A DNA stretch of 64,000 bases from Moniliella sp. 'wahieum' (lineage: Eukaryota). Under the pieces are notes generated by a model. It was not told the DNA's origin, searched no databases, and saw only the letters and a program-made list of their open reading frames with translations. The stretch is taken from contig RSEE01000024.1 of NCBI GenBank assembly GCA_003971905.1, forward strand, positions 186,001-250,000. Reading direction: 5' to 3'. Below are positions 24,924 through 36,110 of the stretch, one piece after another; position 1 is the first letter of the stretch; every line of letters begins with the position of its first letter. The translations under genes and the position numbers were made by a program.

Positions 24924-26408
24924 ATGGTCGACGTTCTTGCCCTGCGTGCTCGCTACGAGGCGGCCGGCCAAGGCCACGTGTTCACCTACTGGGACCAGCT
25001 CTCCGAGCAGCAGCAGCAGCAGCTTGCCCAGCAGCTCGATGAGCTCGACGTCAAGCGTGTCAATGATGTGTACGCCCAGGCCATCGCCGCCGACGCCGAG
25101 GCCGCCGAGCTCGCCAACAAGGCCCAGGAGTTCAAATCCATCCCCCGCGAGAACGCGGTGGAGACGGGCGCTCCTGGCCAGGAGGCTGTCGCGTCGGAGC
25201 TGCGCGCGCTGGGGCTCAAGGCCATCGCTGCCAACGAGGCTGCGGTGGTTCTTATGGCCGGTGGCCAAGGCACCCGCCTTGGTAGCTCTGCCCCCAAGGG
25301 CTGCTATGACATTGGTCTTCCTTCGCACAAGAGCCTGTTCCAGCTGCAAGCCGAGCGCATCCTGCGTCTCCAGCAACTGGCTGCCCAGGCTGAGGGCAAG
25401 TCCCCCGACTCTGTCGTCGTGCCGTGGTACATTATGACCAGTGGACCCACCCGCCAGCCCACCCAGTCTTTCTTTGCTGAGAACAAATACTTTGGTCTCA
25501 AGCCTGAGAATGTTGTATTTTTCGAGCAGGGCACCCTGCCTTGCCTTACCAACCAGGGGAAAATCATGCTGGACTCGAAGGCCTCCTTTGCTACCGCCCC
25601 AGACGGCAATGGTGGTCTCTACGCTGCTCTGCGTGCCCCCGTTGCCAAGGGGGAGACCAAGAGCGTCGTGTCTGACATGAAGGCGCGCGGGACCAAGTAT
25701 ATTCACTGCTATGGCGTTGACAACTGCCTCGTCCGCGTTGGTGACCCCATCTTCCTCGGCGCTTGCATCAAGTCGGGTGTTCCCATTGGGGTCAAGACGG
25801 TGACCAAGACCGACCCGGCCGAGAGTGTGGGCGTGGTGGCCCTTCGTGACGGCAGCTTTAGTGTGATTGAGTACAGTGAGCTGCCCGAGGCCCTGGCCAA
25901 AGCTGAAGATCCTGCTGCCCCGGGCCAACTTGCCTTCCGTGCTGCCAACATTGTCAACCACTTTTACACCTACTCCTTTTTGGCTGACGATGTGCCCAAG
26001 TTTGAAGAGAAGATGGCGTTCCACATTGCGCGCAAGAAGATTCCTTCCCTGGACCTGGCCAGTGACTCGGGCGAACTAATCAAGCCCTCCAAGGTCAACG
26101 GAATGAAGTTGGAGCGCTTTGTCTTTGACGTCTTCCCCTATGTTGGCCTCAACCTAACCGTGCACGAGGTGCCGCGCCAAGACGAATTTTCCCCGCTGAA
26201 GAACGCCCCCCACACGGGCTCGGACGACCCCCAGACCTCCCGCCGCGACTTGTTGGCGCAGCACACACGCTGGCTCACTGCCGCTGGCGCTTCGGTGGCC
26301 AGCGATGCAGAGGTTGAAGTTTCCCCCTTGGTTAGCTATGCTGGCGAGGGTCTGGAAAGCGTGCAGGGCAAGTCGTTCAACGAGTCAACCATCATCAACT
26401 CGGCCTGA
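24924..26408 (+). CDS. UAP1: UDP-N-acetylglucosamine pyrophosphorylase, intact and intronless, 494 aa
   Basis: LMAGGQGTRLGSSAPKG, PWYIMTS, FFEQGTLPC, APDGNGGLY, HCYGVDN, VIEYSE, NGMKLERFVFDVF, EFSPLKNA, EVSPLVSYAGEGL. Confidence 0.98.
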   Translation: MVDVLALRARYEAAGQGHVFTYWDQLSEQQQQQLAQQLDELDVKRVNDVYAQAIAADAEAAELANKAQEFKSIPRENAVETGAPGQEAVASELRALGLKAIAANEAAVVLMAGGQGTRLGSSAPKGCYDIGLPSHKSLFQLQAERILRLQQLAAQAEGKSPDSVVVPWYIMTSGPTRQPTQSFFAENKYFGLKPENVVFFEQGTLPCLTNQGKIMLDSKASFATAPDGNGGLYAALRAPVAKGETKSVVSDMKARGTKYIHCYGVDNCLVRVGDPIFLGACIKSGVPIGVKTVTKTDPAESVGVVALRDGSFSVIEYSELPEALAKAEDPAAPGQLAFRAANIVNHFYTYSFLADDVPKFEEKMAFHIARKKIPSLDLASDSGELIKPSKVNGMKLERFVFDVFPYVGLNLTVHEVPRQDEFSPLKNAPHTGSDDPQTSRRDLLAQHTRWLTAAGASVASDAEVEVSPLVSYAGEGLESVQGKSFNESTIINSA

Positions 26409-26547
26409 TCGGGAGTCCTGAGTGATATCGTTATCGAATGCACACATCCGGTTTCTACAGTCGCAGGAACATGCACCAAGCCCTCCCAAGGGCTCGCAGT
26501 GGATCAATAATAGAATACAGGACAGAGGGGGAGGGAAAGTGGACGGG

Positions 26548-29500
26548 TTAGCCAGACTGTTGGTTCTGGCCTTGCTGTTGCGATTGGTAGATCGAGTTCA
26601 TCAGGGAAGTGAACGGGCTTGTGTCGGCCTGGAAAACATTGCCTTGCTGCTGGCCCAGGTTGGACGTACCCGCGCCGGGGGCAAGGGGAAATCGCTGTGG
26701 GGCAGGCTGGCCCATGTGAGGCATCAGAGGGAATCCGGGAGGAAGCTGAGCGTTCGGCATGGGAGCCGCTGCTCCAGGTAGCCCGGTCCCGGCCCGGCTC
26801 CATTGGCCATCGGAAGCGAGGGGGCCGCGGTGGAGGCACGTTGGGCCAAAAACGCTTGGAGCAAAGCCGCTTGCTGCGGGTTCTGGACAGCAGCCTGGTT
26901 GCTGAGAAGAAGGGCGGTGAGCTGCTGCTGGGTAAGGCCAGGCTGTTGTTGCGCGTTGGCTTGCGGCAACTGCGGCTGCGAGGGCTGCTGCTGCCTGGTG
27001 GTGGCTGGGCCGCTGGCTGCTGGGCGGCCGGCTGGGCTTGCTGCGCCGGCTGCTGGGGCGTCTGGGGCAGCGGCTGGGCAGGAGGCTGCTGGACCTGCTG
27101 CTGCTGCGGCTGGGTTTGCCCTGCTGCTGGGACATGAGCCGCTGCTGCTGGGCCAGGAAGAGCATGATCTGCTGCTGCTGGGAGAGCGAGTTGGGAGGCA
27201 CCATGCCTTGCATCTGGCCCGCATGCGACGGAGGCAAGTTCATCCCCGGCCCGGCGCCGGGGTTCATGCCGCGCATCACGTTCCCAGCACCGGGGAAGCC
27301 CATGTTGGGCAGGCCCATCGCCGCCATATTCGGCGTCGCACCGCCCGGCACCGCCCGGGCCCCTGGCCCAGCAGCGTTGGGCAAGCCCGTCATGGCTGGG
27401 TTGCCCCCGGCGGCCGCCATACGGGACATCATCGCCTTGATGGCGTCCATGCTGGGGTTGTGCATGTTGGGCATACCGTTGGGCAGACGCCCCGCCTGCT
27501 GCATCCCTGCCGGCACACCAGGCATACCCGGCAGAGGCATCTGCATGCCGCCTGCCGCAGCAGCCACAGCGGCAGCAGCGTGGCCCGCAAGAGGCGAACC
27601 TGCCGCCCCTGCCGCCGGGGCTTGTGCTCCGGTACTTGCGCTCCAAAGGGGAACATGGACTGCGCCTGTGCGTTGGCACCCATGTGCACCCCCACGCCGG
27701 TTGCGCCCGGCGCGCCCCGGTTGGCTTGCATCATCGGGGTCTGGTTGCCAGGCATCCCAGGGACAGCAGCCATGGGCGGCGGGCTGGGTCCCTTGGCAGC
27801 CGCCTTGGATCCCTTGCGTGGCGTAGGTTTCTTCTTCTTGCCCGCCTCGTCTGCTGGCTCCTCTTCTTCCCCTCCGGCCGAGGGACTTGCGGCAGAGGCA
27901 GGCCCAGTCGCGGACCCTTTCGTGCCACCGGTCGCTTTCTTTTGCCGTTGGGCCGCCGCCACACCGTTCTTCTTTTTGCCCTTGGGCTTGGCGCCTCGGC
28001 CTCGGCACGCGCCCGTTCTTCGCGTGCTGCCCGCTCCCGCGCTTCGGCTTCTTCACGCTCCTTGGCTTCGCGTTGTTCCCGCTCCCGCGTCTCCTTCTCT
28101 TCTGCCAACCGCTGCTTCTTGGTTTTCTTCTTGGGCTTGGCAGTGCTTGCAGCAGAAGCCGATGGGGCAACCGGGGTAGGCACATCCGGCGGAGGCGACA
28201 TGGCCGTCGAATCCCTCTTTTTGGACTTGGACTTGTTGCTTTTTCCGATACTGGCAGCCGACTTTTTGCTGACCGAAGCGGCGGTGCTGGACGGGGGCCC
28301 AGGAACCCGGCCGCCGGGCGTACTTGGCTCGCTAGGAAGGCTCACTCGCCGCGGGCGTCCCACTCCGACTGACCGATCGATCAGCTCGGGAGCCGGAAGA
28401 GCGGGTATCGCGAATCCGATCGATCAATGCAAATCTGCGGAAGGTGGGCTCAAAGACGCCTGGCATGGGCACGCCCGGTGCGGTGGAAGGCGCCGAGGTA
28501 TTGACCAACAACGCATCTGAGTCGTCCGACGAAAGGGAGGCACGACGTGCCGCCTCGCCAGCCCGTTCGTCGTCGCCCGCGCTGGCGGGGGCAACTTGCA
28601 CTTGGCCTACGTCGCCATGCTCCATGATTTTCATCACCAATCTACGCCGGCGCTTCTGTGATGCGACCGCTTCGGCTTCGGAACTGTTGAGTCCGCCTCG
28701 GCCACGTTTGGTGCCACGAGGATGTTGGGGACTGGTGCCCGTTGGCGGAGGGGCCGTGGTGGCAGCTTGGATGGTGTTGGCAATGCGCGTCACGTGCGGA
28801 TCGGGTCGAGACAGAGCGGCGGCGTGGTGAGTGCCTTGAAGACGGACTACACGTTAGCAACGAGCACTGCGCGCCCAAACATCCCCCTCCCCCCTCTTCC
28901 CAAAGTAAGAATGACATACCAGAACGCCAGCTTCGACGCGGAGCGCATCCTCGTCGGTCCACACGCTGCCCAATTCCACATCCAGGTCCTTGAGATCCTG
29001 CCATACCGTTTCAGCAGTAGGGAAGAGCACAATGCGATAAATGTCGGCCGAGATGTTGTCCGGTCCATCGGCCAGAGGCAGGAGTCGCGCGAGGTGCGTT
29101 CGTTGAACCGTTGGGAAACTTTACCGTAAAACGGCCAGGCAGAGCTATTGATAAAGTAGGGGCGGGAGGTGCGGGCGAGGCGGTGGAGCACATTGGTGGG
29201 AAGAGGCCCGTCGGTGCTGCCCGGTGCAGAACCATCTGTTCCCGTGGTTGCAGAGCTGAATCCCGATCCCGATGCAGCCGTGGCCGACGTGCCATTCGTA
29301 GCCGACGCGTTGGCCATGCTGTCGCGCGGGGGGGGCAGATGCCGTGGCGCTGCGGCGGCGGTGGTCGTGGATCTCGACAATAAGGCATCCGTCGCGAAAG
29401 GGCACGTTGGCGTCGGCAAAGACATCGAGGAGGCCGACGGGCACACGCTGGGCGCGGATGCAGTCGAGGAAGGCAGCGGCGGGGCTGTCAAAGGTGAAGA

Positions 29501-29639
29501 TGCCGGGCTGACGGCCAAAGCGGAAGCTGCCGTCGTTGAGGTGGATGGTGATGGAGGGAGCTTCGTGGCTGTATGCAGCGAGGACGTCACCGGCGGCGCG
29601 CTGGGCGTTGTAGAGCGCCTGTGTGGCGAGCGCAGCCAT
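26548..29639 (-). CDS. SPT20: SAGA subunit Spt20-like protein with a long Gln/Met/Pro/Gly-rich C-terminus
   Basis: N-terminal Spt20 domain PSITIHLNDGSFRF...AFLDCIRAQRVPVGLLDVFADANVPFRDGCLIVEIHDHR, an intron at ~28835-28919, a charged KKKTKKQRLAEEKETREREQRE region, and a Q-rich tail ending QQQGQNQQSG. Several frameshifts. Confidence 0.8.
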
Positions 29640-29889
29640 GGCGATCGACGCGACGGGCGAGTGGAGCGGCGAGGAGGGCGACGTGTTTTGGAGTTGCAGC
29701 CCCCAGGCGAGACTTGGCGGGGGCAAAGCCACCCCAGCCGAGCGCCTGCCATTAAGAGCGGCGGATTTGGCGCTGGTTCCGCCCACGTGACCAGCGGGGG
29801 CGGTTGGGTTTTGGACTCCCCTTGGGAATAGATAGGCAGATACTTTAATGGGCGCTTCCCCCGCTTCCCCCTTCGTCACCGCCACCGCC

Positions 29890-30548
29890 ATGCCCCCCCC
29901 GTCCCTGCGGCTCGGCAGCACCGCCCCCGACTTCCACGCCGACACCACCCACGGCCCCATCCACTTCCACCGCTGGCTCGCCGGCAGCTGGGCCATCCTC
30001 TTCTCCCACCCCGACGATTTTACGCCGGTCTGCACCACCGAGCTTGAGGTGGCGCGTCTGTCGTCCGAGTTTGCTGCGCGTGGGGTCAAGGTCATTGGCC
30101 TGTCTGCCAACGATGTGGCGAGTCATCACAAGTGGATCGCCGACATCAACGAGGTAGGCCAGACCCAGGTCGACTATCCCATTATTGGCGATGGCGACCG
30201 CCACGTGGCCCGCCTGTACGACATGCTGGATGCATTGGACCCGACGAATGTGGACGCCCAAGGCAACCCCCTGACGTGCGCGACGTTTTTGTGATTGATC
30301 CCAACAAGATCATCCGGCTCAAGATTTCCTACCCGGCCTCTACCGGCCGCAACTTTGCAGAAATCCTCCGCGTCGTCGATTCGCTCCAGTTGGGCGACCA
30401 GCCGCATCACCACCCTGCCAATTGGAACCGGGGTGACCGCGTCATCATCCACCCCTCCGTTCCCGACGACGATGCCAAGAAGCTTTTCCCCGGATACGAA
30501 ACGGTCAAGCCATACCTACGATTGGCCAAGGACCCTAGTACGAGCTAA
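29890..30548 (+). CDS. PRX1: 1-Cys peroxiredoxin (Prx6 family)
   Basis: LRLGSTAPDF, WAILFSHPDDFTPVCTTEL (PVCTTE motif), VFVIDPNKIIRLKISYPASTGRNFAEILRVVDSLQL, PANWNRGDRVIIHP, KPYLR. Slips near 30280 and 30400. Confidence 0.95.
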
Positions 30549-30690
30549 CTGTTATGTTATAGGTGGGTTGGGCCATCTGTTCCCACGTGCGGCGAGTGGG
30601 GCTATCCCAGACGCTCACCAGTCTAGACACTACTTGAGAAAATGGTGGGAGACCAACAGAAATCCAAATCCATACCGACAATACCACTGG

Positions 30691-31448
30691 TCAGGCCTGC
30701 AGGATCTGGCGAGCGACCTGAGCGCAGCGAGTCAGTATAGAGCAACAGGAGGGCGGACAAGGCCAAAAGGGAATGGGGGGACGTACTTGTCGCGCAAGGT
30801 AGAGTAGGCATTCATGATGGTTTGTTCGTTGATCTGCAAATCGGTCACGTCGGGCCGAGGACGAGATACCCTGGAGACAATGGCGGCCGAGTCGGTCTCG
30901 AGAATGATGCCATCATCCACACATTCGTCAACGGCCAGAGTGACCAAATCCAAGTTCTCCAGGATAGTCCGCTTGTCCACCTGGCCGCGCAACAGGCCCG
31001 AGACCGAATCGGTCAACGCCTTGAGAAGCGTCGAGAGCATCAATGGGTTTTCGTCCCCGGGACCGACGACGTAGAAGGTCACGTCGGCCGAAGGCTTCCA
31101 GAGAACGAGATGCGACTCGAACAGCAAAATGTCGCCGGTTGCTTTGCGCGTTTTGCTAAACACGCCCTTCTCAAAAGCCAGCTGCTCCTTGAGCGTTTTG
31201 AAAGGGTTGGGCGCCGTGACCTGCGGCAGCGCAGCTTGCAGACCGGGCGCACTGCTCGCCGAGCTGGCGTGGTGCGGCGGCTGGAAGTACTTGGCCATGA
31301 TGCGCTCGCCCGTGTTGTCGAGCAACAGCACTGGCGGGACAGCCACAACAGAAGGCATACATCCCAGCGGTCAGCCGAGAGGGAACCGGAGAGGGAAGGG
31401 AGACAGACACGTACCGGCCGTGGTGGTATACAAGGACAGGTTGAGCAT
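30691..31448 (-). CDS. RET3: Coatomer (COPI) zeta subunit, two introns
   Basis: MLNLSLYTTTA|intron|VLLLDNTGERIMAKY, LKEQLAFEKGVFSKT, DENPLML, QVDKRTILENLDLVTLAVDECVDDGIILETDS. The last short exon (VARQILQA) is approximate. Confidence 0.93.
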
Positions 31449-32389
31449 GTTGGTGCGATGGTGGGGACGAGCCTGACGGCAGCCCGCGGCCAGGCATCCC
31501 ATCGAGACGTGGAGCGTGGCACACATTGAAACGTGAAATGTTGCCTCCCTTGATGGTTCCGGCCGGCGGAATGGGCTTGGCGATCCGGCCGCCATGCTGG
31601 CCAGGTCACATGACCAGCCTGACGCCTGGCCCCAGACTAGTCATGTGACCGGCGACCTCAGGGCTCACGTACAACCTACCGCCCACCCACCGAATGCCCC
31701 TTATCCACCTAACCCTACCATCCCCTTGCTTTGGGACGGTTCCCCACGCTTTGGCGCGGCATGCCTTGCGCCGCCTCCCCCCGCAATTCTGCGCAGTCAT
31801 CGCCCAGCCAGTCCAGGCCAGTCCTGCTCTCCACCGAACCATCATCCCCTCCCCCCCTTCCCCCTAATGGCCTTGCCCTGTTGCGCAATGAAGTTCATGC
31901 CGCACAGCAGCGCCGCGTCCACCTTCTCTGTCTCTCCTTCTCTTTCCCCGCTCTTCCCCTGTTCTGCCAAGTACGCGTTTTCCCTACGCCTCGCCTATGC
32001 CATTAGGCCGCTCCGTCAACAGGACACTCCGTCAACAGGACGATATATGTCAACAGGACGCTAGGCAACCGGGCAAGCCAGACGGTGGAACGGTCAACCT
32101 GCGGTAGTCCAGTTATTGAACGGTGGACTGGGGGAGACAGATGGCCGTGGGTGGTCGCAACCACCACGGAGGAAAGCTGGGGCGAAGCCCCAGCTCTTCA
32201 GGATAGACGCACAGTAAAGCATTAGGTGTACGCATCCCAGGCCGTAGGCCCGGTGGTACTCTAGTGCGGGGTATATACCGGTGGTGCTCACCCTTGCGCA
32301 CACGCCGATCCAGCTCTTATTTCTGCCTCTTTGTTCGTTCCCCCACCTGCAGTATGCATTTTCATTCGTCAACCACCGAGCTTGCAACG

Positions 32390-33471
32390 TCACAGTATGG
32401 CCCGGTACTGGGCGTAGGCTGGCCGTTTTAGGCAAGCGAGCGCCACTTGTTTGTCCACCTCGATATCCTTCAAAAGAGCATCTGCCAACAGAGTAAGAGC
32501 CGTACGCAAGCGTGTCAGCACATTCCAACTCCACAGTGGCATTACGACGTAGCAGCATGGCCGTACCGTGTGGCATAATTGTACTCGGGCCGAATGAAAC
32601 CGAGGACGGACACCTTGATGGTGGCGCCATAGAACTCGCGCGGGTATTTGTGCAAGATGTGGATTTCCTTCGATCCGAACACACACACACAACACACACA
32701 ACACAACACAACACGGCACGATTAACACGACAATCAGTGATTCAATGCGTACCCAAAGATGGTGGATGGTAGGTCAAAAGGAATACGCACAGCCGTTTTG
32801 GTTTGGTTCCCATAAAACGGGTTATACCCAACGCTCATGACCATCGGATGCGCTTGGGAGCTTGCTTCATCCCACGTGCCGTGGGCATCCTGGTGAGTAT
32901 GCAGAACAAGCAGAGAGCAGAAGGGTGTTAGATGATGCGTCAGCTTCCGGTGCGGGAATACGGACGACATACCGGTACCACACGCGCCCAGCCATAGTAG
33001 ACGCCTGTCTCACAAAGACCGTCCTTCTCTGCTTGGGCAAGGACATCAGGGGACAAGTTGGCTGTAGGCATACCTAGCTCGGTGCTTCCACGGCGAAACC
33101 CTCGACACACAGTGCCTTCCATGCGGATGGTGGTAGGGTGGGCGTGTGTCGGGTCCGACCAACAAGGGCCGTTCCACCTTGATGTCGGCAGTCGGTACGG
33201 TGGAGTCCGCTCCGCCTCGGTCAGGCTGTCTGAGCTGGCGGGCACATGATCCAAACTGGCGCGGAACCTGCAGAGGAGAAAGGGGCAACAAAGGAACCAA
33301 GCTGCTTCGGTGCAGAAGGGCAGCGGAAGGACGGGAATATGGCCGGCAAGAGGCCAAGGGACGAAGGCGGAAACTACCTCCCTTGGCCCCGCAAGACCGA
33401 CCGATCCGTATGCTGAGAAGTGCGGGCGAGCCCGTGGGGAGTCGCCTTGGTGGGCGTGGCACGCGCATCAT
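32390..33471 (-). CDS. FMN1: Riboflavin kinase (start codon uncertain)
   Basis: RPLLVGPD, GTVCRGFRRGSTELGMPTANL, GVYYGWARV, PMVMSVGYNPFYGNQTKTA|intron|EIHILHKYPREFYG...VLGFIRPEYNY|intron|DALLKDIEVDKQVALACLKRPAY. Confidence 0.92.
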
Positions 33472-33933
33472 CGTACGCAAACAGAGGTTGCCTACCAGCA
33501 AGGGTACGAGGAGTGCAGAGGTAGAAGGGGAGGAACTATTTGGCGGGAAGGGTTGGCAAAAAAAAGGGGGAGGGGGCGGAGGGGCTGGCGGTGGAGCAAG
33601 TGATGACCGAGTGTGCTGAGGCGCTGAGGAGCGGAGTACGAGTGTCCATGCGAGGTCCGTCCGTAGCATTGTCGCAGCGTCCAGCGATGGGTGACCGGTG
33701 ACGCTCCCCAGGAACGTTCAACGCTCAGATTGAAATCTGAACGCTGGGCAGCTCAGCGCATTTGCGTGCTGAACATTTGAGTGGTACATAACCACGGGCA
33801 AACTGCGGCGAATCCCAGTCACAACGAGTGTCGCCCCGCTTCAAGCTGCAAGCGTCAAGTCCGCTGCGGCAGAAGAACGGAGTTAGTTGCAGGGCGGGGC
33901 TTGGTGCCTGCCCTTTCTCTCCCCCCACCACCC

Positions 33934-35584
33934 ATGCCAGCCGACATCAAGTACCGCAGCACGCGGCGGGGCCCGAGCGCCTGTTTGAGGAGGTTCGTCT
34001 TCCTTTGTCCGTTGCCCGGCCGCCCTGCTAACGTGTGCTTCCAGGCCGTGATCCAAGGCCTTGCCCCAACGGCGGTCTCTACATTCCCGACCGCATCCCC
34101 CAAGTGCCTGCCGACTGGAGGAGACCAAGTGGGCCCCGCTCTCGTTCCCTCAACTCGCCTTTGAGATCCAGCGTGCATTTCTCCCAACCCTTCCGAGGCG
34201 GCATCCCCGACGCTGACTTGAAGAGCGTCATCGAACGTCTTATGGCAGCTTCCGCGATGCCCGTGTCAGTCTCTTGTCCAGCTCACGACAAGGAGTTCTG
34301 TCTCGAGCTTTGGCATGGACCCACATTTGCCTTCAAGGACGTGGCGTTCAGTTGCTGGGCAACCTGTTGCCTACTTCCTCAAGCGTCGCAACGAGGGCAA
34401 GAGCGGTGCCGAGCGCGAGCGCATCACCGTCGTCGGTGCCACCTCGGGCGACACGGGGTCCGCCGCGATTGCCGGGCTTCGTTCCAAGGACGACATTGAC
34501 ATTTTCATCCTGCACCCCAAAGGGCCGTGTCAGCCCGATCCAGGAGGCACAGATGACGACGGTACTGGATGCCAACGTGCACAACTTGGCTGTTGAGGGC
34601 ACGTTTGATGACTGCCCAGGACATTGTCAAGCAGTGCTGGCGACAAGGCGTTCAACGACAAGTACCACCTTGGCGCGGTCAACTCGATCAATTTGCCCGT
34701 ATCTTGTCCCAGATCACCTACTACTTCTCTGCGTACTTCCAAGCCAAGAAGACCGGGTGTGCCGCGCCCAAGGTGCAGTTCGTCGTGCCGACGGGCAACT
34801 TTGGTGACATTCTAGCGGGCTATATGCCAAGCGTATGGGCCTGCCCATTGCAAACTTGGCGTCGCGACCAATGAGAATGACATTCTCCAGCGTTCGGGCC
34901 ACGGGCGCGTACGAGAAGGAAGGCGTAGTCGGCGCGGCGGTCAAGCGACGCTGAGACCGGCGATGGACATTTTGGTCTCGTCCAACTTGAGCGGGCTGCG
35001 TGTGGTACCTGGTGTGTACGAGTCGGGAGGGACACATCCTCGTCCGAACTGGAGCGGCACGAGGCGGCTGGTCGGCAGATCAACACGTGGATGAATGAGC
35101 TCAAGAGCCAAGGCCGCTTTGCCGTCTCGCCGAAGCAGTTTGCGCTGGCCAAGCGCGACTTTAGTGCCGAACGCGTATCGGATGCCGAGACGAAACAGAC
35201 CATCCTCCAGTACTTTACCTCGCCGCCCAGCCAGGCGCACCACGCTTCCTACCTCATTGACCCGCACACGGCCGTCGGCATGGCTGCGGCCAACCGTCTG
35301 CAGAAGACCAACACGGCAGGCGAGGTGCAGATCATCCTGTCCACCGCGCATCCGGCCAAGTTCTCTGAGGCCGTCGTCTCCTCCTGCAGTCGGCCGGGGC
35401 GTCGTTTGATTTCGAACGGGACGTGCTGCCAGAGGAGATGCGTGGCTTGCTGGAGAAGCCGCGGCGCGTGATTGAGATTACGGCGGCGGCCACCTCGGCA
35501 GAGGAGGCGGCGCTGCCTGCGCTGGCGCGCCTGACCAACCACACCAAGGCGACGGTGGAGAAGACGGTGGGGCAGTCGGCGTAA
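33934..35584 (+). CDS. THR4: Threonine synthase (fungal type), heavily frameshifted in this assembly
   Basis: KYRSTR, QGLAP, LELWHGPTFAFKDVA (PLP lysine motif), VVGATSGDTGSAAIAG, VSPIQEAQMTTV, GAVNSIN, FVVPTGNFGDILAGY, IDPHTAVG, LSTAHPAKFSEAV. Confidence 0.95.
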
Positions 35585-36110
35585 GCTGCGCGGGGAGGGT
35601 GCGGGTGACTGTATGCATTGGATCGCACGATCAGATCAAGCGGTGGGCAGGCAGGAGGGAAATGGGTATACAGCCGACAGAGCGAGGGAGGCATGCGGAC
35701 TGTGGATGGGGGCCATGGGAGGACCAGGGGAGCAGGTGCGGCCGTGGGCTTACGTATGACGGTGGCACGCAGCGGTGGAGTTGAAACGTCGACCGAGGGG
35801 GCAGCACCGGCCGCCTTGCAGCACCCTGCATGCAGCAGGGCATGCTGACGTAAGCGCCAGCTGCAACGCCAGTGTGGGCTGCGGGGGGCGACAGGCAGGC
35901 GGGCCGTCTGGCGGCGGCCCCCCCGCCGCAGAGGCGAGCGAGGCACCCATGTGTGGGCGTGATGGAGGAGGATGACGCTGGGCTGGCTGTCGAGGGCAAG
36001 GCAGCCACGTCCCAGCCGCCTTCGTTCCACCCCGCTTGGACGACCCGCGTTGGCTCTGGGCTCGCGTTGCGCCGCTAGCCTGCCCAGCATTCAGCCCGCC
36101 CCCGCCTGCC

